Positions 48,511 through 60,927 of a stretch of DNA of 64,000 bases are shown here, piece after piece. Position numbers and translations under genes: made by a program. Positions within the stretch are counted from its first letter, which is position 1. Each line of letters opens with the position of its first letter. The DNA is taken from the NCBI RefSeq assembly GCF_044704955.1, contig NC_091984.1:177878001-177942000 (forward strand). Direction: 5' to 3'. The stretch is from Pristiophorus japonicus (lineage: Eukaryota). Below the pieces are notes generated by a model, which saw only the letters and a program-made list of their open reading frames with translations, did not search any database and had not been told where the DNA came from.

Positions 48511-51500
48511 AGGTCATCTTGCAAGTCAAAGTAGGGGTAGAAGCATTCTGCTTATACCGATTGATCCCATGCCATCCTTGCTCAATGATCACGCGTAGTT
48601 GCTTCTGAAATGGGTCATCCGCTGTCGCATGCTTGCGTTGTTCCCATCAGGAGTCTCCAACCAGAAGTGATTCATCAATTTTTTCCAGCTGATGTGCCAA
48701 ATCACAGGCTTTATCTTCTGGCAGGTATATATCACCTGGGACCATCTTCTCCACTTCCTTACAGTAAATTTTGAGGCTATATTTTTGGAGTCTCACCAAC
48801 ATTCCTTAAAATTGCTTCGGCCCGTTTTTAGCGTGGCTTACTTTTTGATTTCAGCTAAATTGGTCTGTATGAACGTTCGCCTTGTCCCAGCCATTGATAT
48901 AGGGCTCAAATTTGTTGCAGGTGAACATAATTGCTAAAAGTTCTATCTCGATCTGTGCATATCTCGTCTATCTACGATGATAATGTTCTTGATGCATAGG
49001 CGATTGGTTGTCTATTCTAAATCACTGCTGCTCCAAGTCCAGATTGAGTTGCGTCACATTGTAGAGTGATTTCTTCCCTCGGATTACAATAATGGACGAC
49101 TGGCGTGCTAGTGACCGCTACGTTGAGAAGTTGGAATGCCAATTCTTGTGATTTGCAACAGAACCGTTCTGCGTCCTTCTGCATCAAATCTCAGAGTGCA
49201 TCCAGGATATCTGACAAATATCTATCAGATAGAGCAAGTCCAAGTAGTCTATGTATCCATGCCACATCGGTTGATTTCCAAAATTCCTTTAACATTGGTT
49301 GGACCATCACAAAGTTACCTTCCTGTATCAATGTGTCCAATGATAGGTACATCTTGCCTACAAATTTCAGTCTGTCCATGTTTACCTCAATGCCACGTTT
49401 GTTGCAGCAATGAAGGAAGCTTCCAGGTGTTTATCAGGGTCCAGAACTGCTTCTTCAAGCTTCTATCCGTAACCAACAGTTACAAAATTATCTGTAATGA
49501 ATGCTATCCCTTGCAGCCCTTCCACCAGCTCATGCATGTTGCGATGTTAAACTTCGAGCACTGAGCTGATTCCAAATGGCATATGCTTCCAACGATATCC
49601 ACCAATCGGTGTGTGGAATGCAATTATATATGATGTTACTTCATGGAGACTCACATTACGGACGTTGAGAATCATAACTTTAGCACCATTTTGCCGTGTA
49701 GCTGCATCTTCAATAGTCGACCGAGGATAATGCTCTCATTTGATAACTTTGTTTAAGTCTTTGTGAAAATAAGCTGATGCATAGCGTGCCATTCTTCTTT
49801 CATACTACTACCATCAAACTGATCTATGAGAGCGGCGTTATTACAAGAATGATGGTGTCTTGTTTGACCAGGCCATCGAGGCTTAACTTAAGCTTTTTCC
49901 TTAAAGCTACTGGTATTCGACCTGGGGCGAGGTGGGCCGGTTCCACTGCCTTTTTCGGTACTCTCCATCAATTTGTCCTAAACCATCACTGAAAATTCGA
50001 GGATGTTTCTGTACTAAGCACTCCGTGGCCCGTGGTTTGTAGTTGTCGAGCGTATAAACTGATGCACCAATAAAGGGCGTTCTATAAATTTCATAAATAT
50101 CTGTATGCTTAATGAAGTTCATGCCCAGGAAGGCCTTTCTATCCAGCAACAACAACAACAACTTGTATTTATATAGCGCCTTAAACCTAGTAAAACGTCC
50201 CAAGGAGCTTCACAGGAGTGTTATAAAACAAAAATTTAACACGGATGCCAAATAAGAAGAAATTAGGCAGATGACGCCAGCAGAGGATGTATTGTAGTGC
50301 TATTGATGAGCTTACACCTAAATTCAGGACATTAAACCTGGATTCATATTTGTCCTGTAACGAGGACCCTTGAATCGTTGTATGCTTCAATCATGGTCTT
50401 AAGTGGTTCAACCTATGTCAGTTTAAAATCTTGTGAACGCTTTTAATACAGGTGAAGCGGAATGAAGTTACATTGTGCACCAGAGTTTATTTGGAATCTG
50501 ATTAAATTTCCTGACTCGAGTTTAAGTGTAGCACACTGTGAGACATTAAACCAATCGCACTGACCACATTGATGACGAAGACTTGTTTTGTTTTTGGTTC
50601 GTTTTAGCTGTAATTTTATGTTCAGGTGATTCTCTTCAACAGCATTTTGCAGTGAAATAGTTGCTTTGGCCACACTTCTGCGCGTTTTCCCAAAGTCAGC
50701 GCACCGCTTTCCTCTGTGAAACTCGTATCTCTTCCCGCAATTCCAGCACACGCTATCTTTGGAGAGAAGCTGACGTTGTCCCGAAGCTTGACACTGTCAT
50801 GCCTTGGGGTCTCCTTGGTTTACTGCACGGTACGTTCTGTGCACACAAATCCCCGATGACTTTGAGTTGCACTACCATGCTTCCAGATGCACGATACATC
50901 TCGTCCTTCTTCACAGGGTTAGGTTAGACTCTCGAAGCAGTCTCTCTCACAGTTTGGTGTCTGCAATCCTAACTACAGGCCTGTCTCGGAGTATCTCTTC
51001 TGGCGTTGTAGAGTGGAAATGGCAGCCATGGTCGAGTTTTAGCAGTATTGTACGATACTGGTCGTATGTTTCACTATTTTCTTGTATTCTTCAGTAGAAC
51101 TTCGACCTCTCAAAGAAAACGTTCTTGCACGGATAGCAGTACTGAGAAAACGTTGCCAGTCCCGGCACCATCTTGTCTCTGTCTGCAGCTTTGACCCAGT
51201 CCGACCACGGGGAGTAGACGTGGAGTTTCTCCCTGATCAATGTGAGAAGTGTTGCCACCAGCACTAGTATTCTTTTCAAGCTCCATCACAAGAACATAGT
51301 TTTACCAGGCTAGCGCGATTATGTCCACTTTTCAACAGCATTTGTATCGTGGGTGTCGAGAGCTGGAGGTGGTGGTAGAGAATCACCTGGCAGCATCTTG
51401 AACAAGCTTTAATTGTCGAGTAACGGTTTTTAATTGTCGTGCAGGCTGTTGATACGTCCGCTAAAAGTGAAAGTTGTTTTAAACAATCACTACCACTGCT

Positions 51501-51544
51501 GCCACCACGTGTAATTAACTCTTTAAAGAAATCGCAAGGGTATA

Positions 51545-52106
51545 ATTTGTGGAGCAGCGTGGAGGCTCCGACCTGCGTGAGAACACCAGCGGCAGGTCTG
51601 GGCCATAAAAGGAGCGGCCATGGGCAGCGTGGGGGCATACCACTTCAGGAAGCAGCGCAAGCTGGTGCAGGAGGGCGACGGTACGAAGAGTGACGTCATC
51701 AAGGTCCAGGTCGGTGATTGGAGCGTGGGAAGTTAGAGCAGGAGCAGCGAGAGACTGTGGAGGGATGTGATGGGGTCCAGGAGGGGCGTGAGTTTGGGGC
51801 CAGGAGCCCAGGGGCAGCACGGGCCAGCCCACACTGTGATATGTGTGCGCACTAGGTCTGTGCAGCAGAGCACATCTCCAGTCGTCTTAATTAACCTTTA
51901 CCACTAGACCAAGACCCAGCTCTGTGAAGCCCGTGTGGTGGCTGGTGTACAACAACCACCACACATTAAAATAATCCACGCACAAGCATCTTCCACCCTT
52001 CAGGACCTGGAATATTAGGTCCTTCATTAAAACACCTGTGAACTCATCATTTTTTGGCGTGGAAGCAATCATCCTCATTTCGAGGGACTGCCTATGATGA
52101 TGATGA
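51545..52106 (+). mobile_element. Non-autonomous RTE-tailed retroposon inserted in the Gypsy B 5' LTR
   Basis: GC-rich non-coding body ending gtggaagcaatcatcctcatttcgagggactgcctatgatgatgatg, the same tail as the RTE LINEs in this window. Confidence 0.8.
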
Positions 52107-52719
52107 TGTTGAATATCCACGTTTTATTAACTATACGAGTCAAACATCAAGAGTTGCAGGAGCCAGAGCTGAGAGCGCCATGAATCATTAACCAATAGTG
52201 TAGACATATGTGAGACACGTGACGGCGACACAGACGCCAGGCATATGCAGAAAACGGTCTCTTTGTGTCACAGCTAGAACACCAAGAGTTAAGACAACGA
52301 AGATTTCAACGCTCAATATTCAGAAGCAGAACAATTTGACCATTCTCAGTTTCGATTTGTACCACTGACTAGGTTGCAAACATTTCCATCTGTAAACCTG
52401 TTGTATTAATGTCAATAAAACCAATTGATACAAATGTTTCATTCTTTGTTTGGTTTTATCTATGGATTAAACTAAAGATTAAAGACAAAGTTAAAAATAA
52501 ACCAATAGTTTGAAGCAGCAAATAAGGAAGCCATTCGGCACATCGTGCCTGTGCTAGCTCTTTGAAAGTGCTATCTAATTAATCCCATTCCTTTGCTCTT
52601 TCCCCATAGTCCTGTAAATTTCTCCCATTCAGGACCTGGAATAAGTATTTATCCAATTTCCATTTGAAAGTAATTACTGAATCTGCATCCACCACCATTT
52701 CAAGCAGTGCATTGCAAAT

Positions 52720-54290
52720 GATCATCTTCATCATAGGCAGTCCCTCGGAATCGAGGAAGACTTGCTTCCACTCTTAAAATGAGTCCAGACGTGGCTGAAC
52801 TGTCCAATACGAGAGCCACAGTCCCTGTCACAGGTGGGACAGATAGTCGTTGAATGTAAGGGAGAGTGGGACAGATTTGCTGCATACTCTTTCCACTGCC
52901 TGCGCTTGATTTCTGCATGCTCTCGGCGATGGGACTCAAGGTACTCAGCGCCCTCCCGGATGCACTTCTTCCCCTTTGGGCGATCTTTGGCCAGGGATGC
53001 CCAGGTTTCGGTGAGGATGTTGCACTTTATCAGGGAGACTTTGAGGGTGTCCTTGTAAAGTTTTCTCTGCCGATCTTTGGCTCGTTTGCCGTGAAGGAGT
53101 TCCAATAGAGCTTTAGGAGTCTCGTGTCTGACATGCGAATGATGTGGCCTGCCCAGTGAAGCTGATCAAGTGTGGTCAGTGCTTCAATGCTGGGGATGTG
53201 GGTATGGTCGAGGACGCTAATGTTGGTGTGTCTGTCCTCCCAGGGTATTTGCAGGATCTTGCGGGAACATCAGTGGTATTTTTCCAGCGACTTGAGGTGT
53301 CTACTGTACATGGTCCACCTCTCTGAGCAATACAGGAGGGCGATAATTACTACAGCCCTGTAGACCATGAGCTTGGTGGCAGATTTGAGGGCCTGGTCGT
53401 CAAATACTCTTGCCCTCAGGCGGCCGAAGGCTGCACTGGCACACTGGAGGCAATTGAGACCTGTCATCAATGTTTGCTCTTGTTGATAAGAGGCTCCCGA
53501 CGTATGGGAAACGGTCCACGTTGTCCAGGGCTGCATTGTGAGTCGTGATGACTGAGGGACAGTGCTGTGTGGTGAGGACAGGATGGCGGAAGACCTTTGT
53601 CTCACGGATGTTTAGCGTGAGGCCCATGTTTTCGTACGTCTCAGTAAATACGTCAATTATGTCCTGGAGTTCAACCTCTGTATGTGCGCAGAAGTGGACA
53701 TTGTACGCATACTGTAGCTCAACAACAGAGGTTAGGGTGGTCTTGGACCTGGCCTGGAGATGGCCAAGGTTGAACAGGTTCCCACTGGTTCTGTAGTTTA
53801 GTTCCACTCCAGCGGGGAGCTTGTTAACTGTGATGTGGAGCATGGCAGCAAGGAAGATTGTGAAGAGGGTTGGGGCAATGACGCAGCCCTGTTTGATCCC
53901 GGTCTGGACGTGGATTGGGTCTGTAATGCATCTATTGGTAAGGACCATGATCTGCATGTTGGCGTGGAGCAGGCGGATGATGTTGATGAACTTTTGGGGG
54001 CATCCGAAATGGAGGAGGACTCTCTATAGACACTCATGGTTCACAGTGTCAAAGGTATTTATAAGGTCGAAGAAGGCCATGTATAAGGGCTGGTGCTGTT
54101 CCCTGCATTTTTCCTACAGCTGTCACGTTGCAAAATTCATGTCTGTTGTGCCCCATAGGGGACGAAATCCTCGGCCACAGGGAGAAGACAATTGAAGAGG
54201 ACTCTAGCGACAACATTCCCAGTGGCTGATAGCACGGAGATTCTTCTGTAGTTGCCACAGTCGGACTTGTCACCTTTTTAAAAGATGGCC
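52720..54290 (-). mobile_element. RTE-clade LINE, 5'-truncated
   Basis: (cat)n aggcagtccctcgg tail; TGIKQGCVIAPTLF, LQYA, FPYVGS, C-terminal CPTCDRDC..HVWTH. Confidence 0.92.
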
Positions 54291-56074
54291 ACGATCATTC
54301 TGAATGATAATAACTCGCTGTATATTTTTTTCATCATATCACCTCTGGTTCTTTTGCCAATTATCTGAAATATGTGTCCTCTGTTTACCGAACTTTTTGC
54401 CACTGGAAACAGTTTATCTTTATTTAATCTATCGAAACTATTCATGAGTTTGAACAACTCTTTCCTAAATGGTGTTCCCCACATTTTAACACAATACTCC
54501 AGCTGCGTTGTAGCCAACGTTTTATAAATGTTTAGCATAAATTATTTGCTTTTCTACGCTATCCCTCTATTTATGAAGTGAAAGATCCTGTATGTACTAC
54601 TAAAAGCTTTCTCAAATGTTCCTACCACCTTCAAAGCCTTGTGTACATATACCCTCAGATCACTCTGGTCCTGCAAATCCTTTCAAATTGTATAATTTTG
54701 TTTGTATTGGCTCGCCTCATTCTTCCTACCAAAATGAACCATTTCACATTACTCTACATTAATTTTATCTTCCGTATGTCAGTCCATTTCACCAGTCTGT
54801 CTGTCGTCCTGAAATCCGTTACAATCTTCCTCACATTTTACTACATTTCCCAGTTTCGTGCCATCGGCAAACTTTGAAAACACTCAAGTCCAGACCATAA
54901 TATATATCAAAAAGAGGAGTAGTCCCAACACCAATCCCTGGCGGACACCATTGCACACTTCCCTATAATCTTAAAAACAACTGTTCACATCTACTGTGCG
55001 CTTAATGTCCTTTAGCCAATTTCGTATCCACAGCCACCGCTGCTATAATCTCATGGGCTTCAATGTTGCTCACAAGCTTATTACGTGGTACTTCATAACA
55101 TGCCTTTTGAAAGATCATATACACAACATCAGCTGCACTGCCCTCATCAACACGTTCCGTTCCTTCATCAAAGAACTCATCAAGTTAGTCAAGGATTATT
55201 TAACAAATCTGTGCTGGCTTTCATTTATTGCGGTTGAATTCATGGCTCCTACGGGTGTGTACGAGATGCACACGTGCCGGTAGGGTCACTGCAAACTCCA
55301 GGTTCAGGCATTCCCTGCACATGCGCTGAAACCCGGAAATTGCGATCTGTCAAGAATCCTCTTGATAGATCCCACACATCCAAAAGAAAAGGGCCTCCAC
55401 GAACGGAGATTTGGGTTATTTACCCAAATTCTGCCCAATGAATGTCCTTGAAATTCTTATGCTTAAAATCAGACATGAGGCCTGCTTTTACCAATGTAAG
55501 AGTTAAAAAAATAGAAAAATAAAATGTTATCACTCATTTGTATATTAAAAATCCTGTCCATTAAGGCAAGCTTATGCCCTTTTAAAACATATTTTAAAAA
55601 ATGTTTATGAAATATATTTGTGTATAAAATATTTAATTAAATATAATTTTAATTAATTTTAAATATACAATGTGTTTATTTTAAATGTATTTAACGTGGC
55701 TGTCTGTTTTTGGGGTCAATCCCATTCATAATTACGTTATTTCAGTAGAAACGGAACTCAACATAAGGATGAATGAGAATCCCACGACTTTCATTGGGAG
55801 GGCTGGCCCACGTGATCGCAAGAATATTGCAGGTCGGTCGCATCTATCTGCTGGGAGCCTCCGACTGCAAAATGTGGGTCAATAATCCACATTTTACCAA
55901 ATGCATAATTGTATCCTGGATTATTGTTTCTCAAAGTAACCCCACCAGCGACTTTAGCCTGACTGGCCTGTAATTGCCGAGTTTATCCCTCTCGCCTTTT
56001 TTGAATAGGCATGTAATATTTTCGAAACTTCAGTCCTCTGGCACAAGTTACATATCTAAGCAGATTTCGGTACA

Positions 56075-56365
56075 TTAAACCGAGGCCCCGTCTGCTCTCT
56101 AAAAGATCCTATGGCACTATTTCGAAAAAGTGCAGGGTGGTTATCCCCAGAGTCCTGGCCAATATTTATAATTCAATCAACATAACATAAACAGTTTACC
56201 TGGTCCTTATCACATTGTGGTTTGTGACAGCTTGCTGTGCGCACGTTTGCTGCCACGTTTCCTACATTACAACAGTGACTACACTTCAAAAGTACTTCAT
56301 TGGCTGTAAAGATGTCCAGTGGTCCGGGAAGGCGCTATATAAATGTAAGTCTTTCTTTATTTCTT
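56075..56365 (+). mobile_element. DeuSINE (SacSINE1-like) 3' fragment
   Basis: ttaaaccgaggccccgtctgctctc..aaagatcc.atggcactatttcgaa (Deu domain) and tail ggcgctatataaatgtaagtctttc. Confidence 0.8.
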
Positions 56366-56879
56366 TCAGATTGGAAGATTGTGGCTAGAGCCTCTGCAAT
56401 TTCCAACCTTACTTTCCTCAGGAACATAAGATGAAAGGGGGTGAGGTTTCTACTTTGGGCGTTGCCAACCTTTTAAGTAACTCCTATTAATCTATTTTAG
56501 TCTGATCCAATCTCTCTACTACCTCTGCCTTCACTGTGACATTAGCTGCCTCCTATTCTTTAGTTGAGACAAATGCAAAGTACTCATTTAATACGTCAGC
56601 CATGCCCTCTGTCTCGAGTAGAATGTCTCCCTTTGGTCCATAATCGGCTCCACTATTCGTTTGACTACTCGTTTAACATTTATATGTTTGGAAAAGATTT
56701 TTGTATTCCATTTTACGTTTCCCGCTAATCTATTCCCATACACTCTAATTACACTTCCTATTTCCTTTTTCAGTGTCCTCCTTTACGTTTTCTATTCTGC
56801 TTAGCTCTCTAATGAATTACTATCCCGACATTAAAAGGCAGGATAAGCGAATGTCTCATGACTCCCCGGTTCACCCTAT

Positions 56880-59766
56880 CGTGGAAGCAGCGCACCAGGG
56901 TTATCAATCCGAATGTCACAACTCTCGACGCAACAAATGAGGCCAAATAGGAATTCTACTCCATCCTCTGTCTCGAGTCCCTACGGATGGCAAACTGATC
57001 CTCTTCTGCGAATTCAATGCCAGGGCCGGTAAGGATACATTATTCTGGGGAGGCGTGATCGACAGAGAGTGGGTAGGGAAAAACAACTCCAGCAGTAACC
57101 TGATCCTGACAAAGTGCCTAGAACACGACCTTGTCATCACCAACACCTTTTTCTGCCAGAGGGACAACTATAAGTCATCATGTCAACATCATCGCTCCAA
57201 GCACTGGTACCTGCTCGACTATGTCATCATCTGAGCGAGATATGGCAAGGATGTACACTTCACCCATGCCATGACAGGAACTGACGACTGCTGAATGGAC
57301 TACTATCTAATATATTCTGTCATCAACGTTAAGATAGCCCCAAGGCATCCATGGCAAAAGAAGCAACGCCACAGAAAACGCCACTGGGGCACGCAAAGAC
57401 CCAGTTAAGAGAGCCCTATACATCCAGCGCCTCACTGCCAAACTGTTGACCCTCGATGACCCGAGACGCAGAGTGCCCACAGCACCTGGTCTGCACTCTA
57501 GGCCACCATAACTAGCACCTGCGAAGGGACGCTCAGTCACTCAACCAGGAAACACCAAAACTGGTTTGACGAGAATCACCAGGAGATCCAGGAACTACTA
57601 AACCGCAAACACAGGACATTTCTGAACTTAAAGCAGCAACCCAATTCAGGAGCAGCAAAGCAACACTACAGACGGCTGAAGGCTGAGATCCAACAAAAAA
57701 TCCACGACCTAAAGGTGGGTGGAGAAAGTACAGGAGATCCAGCAGTTGGCCAACAGCCATGACGTGCAAGGATTCTTCACCACAGAAAAGTCCACCTATG
57801 GCCCAAGCACCCAAGGTCCCACCTACTGCTGGCAAGAACGGGGAGACACTCATTAAGAACACCGAGGCAGTCAGGGCCTGCTGGAAGGAGCACTTCAAAA
57901 ATCTCCTTAATCGAGACTCTGCCTTTGACCCGAGTGTCCTCAGTTCCATCCCGCAGCATGCTACCCACCACCATCTCAGAAGAACCCCAGCCCTGCACAA
58001 GGCCATCTGTAAGCTCAAGAACAACAAGGCATCAGTAGCAAATGGCATCCCCACTGAGGCACTAAAGTATGGTGGAGAAACACTATTGGCACGAATGTAT
58101 GACCTCATCTCTCTTATCTGGAAGGAGGAGAGCATGCCAGGAGTGCTCAGAGATGTCATAATCATAACCACCTTTTAAAAGGGGGACAAATCCGACTGCA
58201 GCAACTACAGATGAATCTCCTTGCTGTCGGCCACTGGGAAAGTGATTTCTAGAATCCTCCTCAATCGTCTTCTGCCTGTGGCTGAAGAGCTGCTCCCAGA
58301 GTCACAATGCCGATTCCGTCCACTAAGGGATAAAATGGACATGATCTTCACCACACAACAAATATAAGAGAATGCAGGCAACAGCACCAACCCTTGTACA
58401 TGGCCATCTTTGACCTCACAAAGGCCTTTGACATTGTCAACCATAAGGGACTCTAGATCGTCATCCTCCATTTCGGCTGCCCCCAAAGGTTTGTCACCAT
58501 CCTCCGCCAGCTCCACGACAACATGCAAGCTGTGATCCTGAACAACAGATCTGCCTCAGAACAATCCACATCCGCACCAGGGTCTTAGCAGGGCTGGGTC
58601 ATCACGTCAATGCTCTTCTCGATCTTCCTCGCTGCAATGCTCCATCTCACTCTCAACAAGCTCCCCGCTGGAATGGAAATAAATTATACAAACAATTGGG
58701 AACTTGTTCAACCTTCTTCGCCCCCAGGCTAGATCCAAGGTAGTCCCATCCTCTGTCATTGAACTACAGTATGTGGAAGACGCTTGTGTCTGCACACATT
58801 CAGAGGCTGAGCTCGAAGCCATCATCAACATCTTCACCGAGACGTACGAAAGCAAGGTCCTTAAACTAAACATCCATAAGACAAAGGTCCTCCAACAACC
58901 TGACCACACCACACAGCACTGCCGCCCGGTCATTAAAATCCATGGTGCGGCCTTGGAAACGTGGGTCATTCGCCATACCTCGGGAATCTTCCATCAGCAA
59001 GGTCAGACATTGATGATGAGGTCCAACACTGCTTCCAGTATTCCAGCGCAGCCTTCAGTTGCCTCGGGAAGAGAGTGTTTGAAGACAAGTATCTCAAATC
59101 TGGTACCAAGCTTATGGTCTACAGGGCAGTAGTGATACCCGCCCTCCTATATGGCTCAGAGACGTGGACCATATACATTAGACATCTCAAGGTGCTGGGG
59201 AATTACCACCAGCGCTCTCTCTGCCAGATCCTGCAAATCCATTGGGAGGATAGACATACGAACATCAGTATTATTGATCAGGCCAACATCCCCAGCATCG
59301 AAGCACTGACGACACTCGGCCAGCTCCGTTGGGTGGGCCACATCATCCACATGCCTGACATGAGACGCCCAAAGCAAGCGCTCTATTCGAAACTCATATA
59401 CAGCAATTGAGCCCCAGGTTGGCAGAGGAAATGTTTCAAGTACACCCTCAAAGCCTTCTCGATTAAGTGCAACATCCCGACCGGCACCTGGGAATCCATG
59501 GTCCAAGACTGCCCTAAGTGGAGGAAGAGCATCCGCGAGGGCTCTGAGCATCTCGAGTCTCATCAACGAGAGCATGCAGAAACCAAGCGCAGGCAGCAGA
59601 AGGGGCCTGCAGCAAACCAAACTCCCCACTCATCATTTCCTTCAATGACTGGCTGTCCCATCTGTGACAGAGATGGCAATTCCTGTATTGGAGTGCAGAG
59701 TCACCTGAGAACTCACTTTTAGAAGCAAGTCTTCCCCGATTTCGAGAGACTGCCTATGATGATGAT
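56880..59766 (+). mobile_element. RTE-clade LINE (endonuclease C-terminus, RT, 3' tail), degenerate
   Basis: NGIPTEALKYGG, SPYLGN, ALLYGSETW, CPICDRD..HLRTH; tail gagactgcctatgatgatgatg. Confidence 0.92.
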
Positions 59767-60094
59767 GGATGAAAATAATTCATGACACGGTAAATGCTAT
59801 CAGTCTCCTGAGCCACATTAGCCATTTCATGAGTGGAATCATCCACTTGATTGAGCATGATTGGGGCCGTTCTTCAGTGCACCTTCATCATGCATTTCAC
59901 ATAATAGGTGCGTCATGAACAAGATGCCTCATCTGCACATATGCTGCTATCCTACGTCCTACTCTTCTAATTTAATTTAAATTTTCTGGATTTACTTTCT
60001 CCGTAACATTTGCAATCTTACATCATCATCATGCTGAAAGTTGCATGCTTGAATAATCATCAGGACCTTCATTGGAGCTCTACAGAATCGTAAA

Positions 60095-60540
60095 CCAATG
60101 GCTCAGTTGGTAGCATCCTCATCTCCGAGTCAGAAAGTTGTGAATTCAGGTCCCGCTCCAGAGACTTTAGCAAAAATCTAGGCTGACATTCCACTGCAGT
60201 ACTGAAGAGATGCTGCACTGTTGGAGGTGCCAATTTTGGGATGAGACATTAAAGTAAGACCCCGTCTGCTCTCCCAGGTGGATGTAAAAGATCCGATGGG
60301 AATATTTTGAAGAAGAGCAGGGTAGTTATCCCCATATCCTGGCCAATATGTATCCTTCAATCAACATCAATAAAACTGATCATCTGGTCATTATCAAATT
60401 GCTGTCTGAAAATTGACGGCTGCATTTCCTACTTTCCAACAGTGACTGCACTTCGAAAGGTACTTCATTGGCCGTAAAGCATTTTGGGACATCCGGTGGT
60501 CGTGAAAGGCACGATATAAACGCAAGTCTTTCTTTCCTTT
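60095..60540 (+). mobile_element. tRNA-derived DeuSINE (SacSINE1-like), near full length
   Basis: A box tggctcagttggt, B-box-like aattcaggtcc, Deu domain ccccgtctgctctc..ggatgtaaaagatcc, L2-like tail atataaacgcaagtctttc. Confidence 0.85.
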
Positions 60541-60584
60541 CGAGGCCGTAACCTCAGGAGAAACATCAGCGGAAATACCATGTG

Positions 60585-60925
60585 CACAGTTTCCGACTCT
60601 CACGCTGAAGTTATTGTTCCCAATCAGGAGAAGTCCTAAGGAATGTCAATGTTCGACATTTGGTCTTGACTATTTATGCACAATGCCACGGGAGAAAGAA
60701 AACCAAAATAATCAAAATCTTATATCAGCATGCAATTGTGGTCTACAAGACTTTTCTTACTGTTATCACATTGTAATCACACTCATTGTCAATTTACTTC
60801 ATTATAAATCCTGCGTCTAAATCTATAATGGCAAGTTATGTAAAGTTGCACCTTTAGAATTACAGCCGCTGTTAGTGGTGGAACTTTAGTGTTTCCGTTT
60901 TGTACCACACAGCCCCTCGACTACA
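60585..60925 (+). repeat. Duplication block C, copy 2
   Basis: Matches 11410-11745; cut off by the RTE insertion at ~60928. Confidence 0.88.
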
Positions 60926-60927
60926 CC

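Larger units (their letters stand above)
46476..52272 (-). mobile_element. Old Gypsy LTR retrotransposon B with two diverged LTRs (~46476-46674; ~51510-52272, split by an insertion) and tRNA-Leu PBS
   Basis: The LTR pair shares e.g. cagagctgagag...gacacgtga.gg.gacacagacgccag. PBS TGGTGGCAGCAGTGG at 51493-51507; PPT at 46675-46684. Remnants: Zn knuckle CWNCG, protease FQINSGAQCN, RT/RH, integrase zinc finger (AHSMDTGIEDC..SLYW). Confidence 0.8.
52500..56830 (-). mobile_element. Old CR1 LINE broken by RTE (52720-54290), MITE (~55230-55880) and SINE (~56075-56365) insertions
   Basis: CR1 3' end at 52500-52720 resumes at ~54300 (IYKTLATTQLEYCVKMW). Confidence 0.75.

Noticed and set aside
60095-60170. 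tRNA gene
   Set aside because: A/B-box region is the head of a DeuSINE and continues into the Deu domain and LINE-derived tail.
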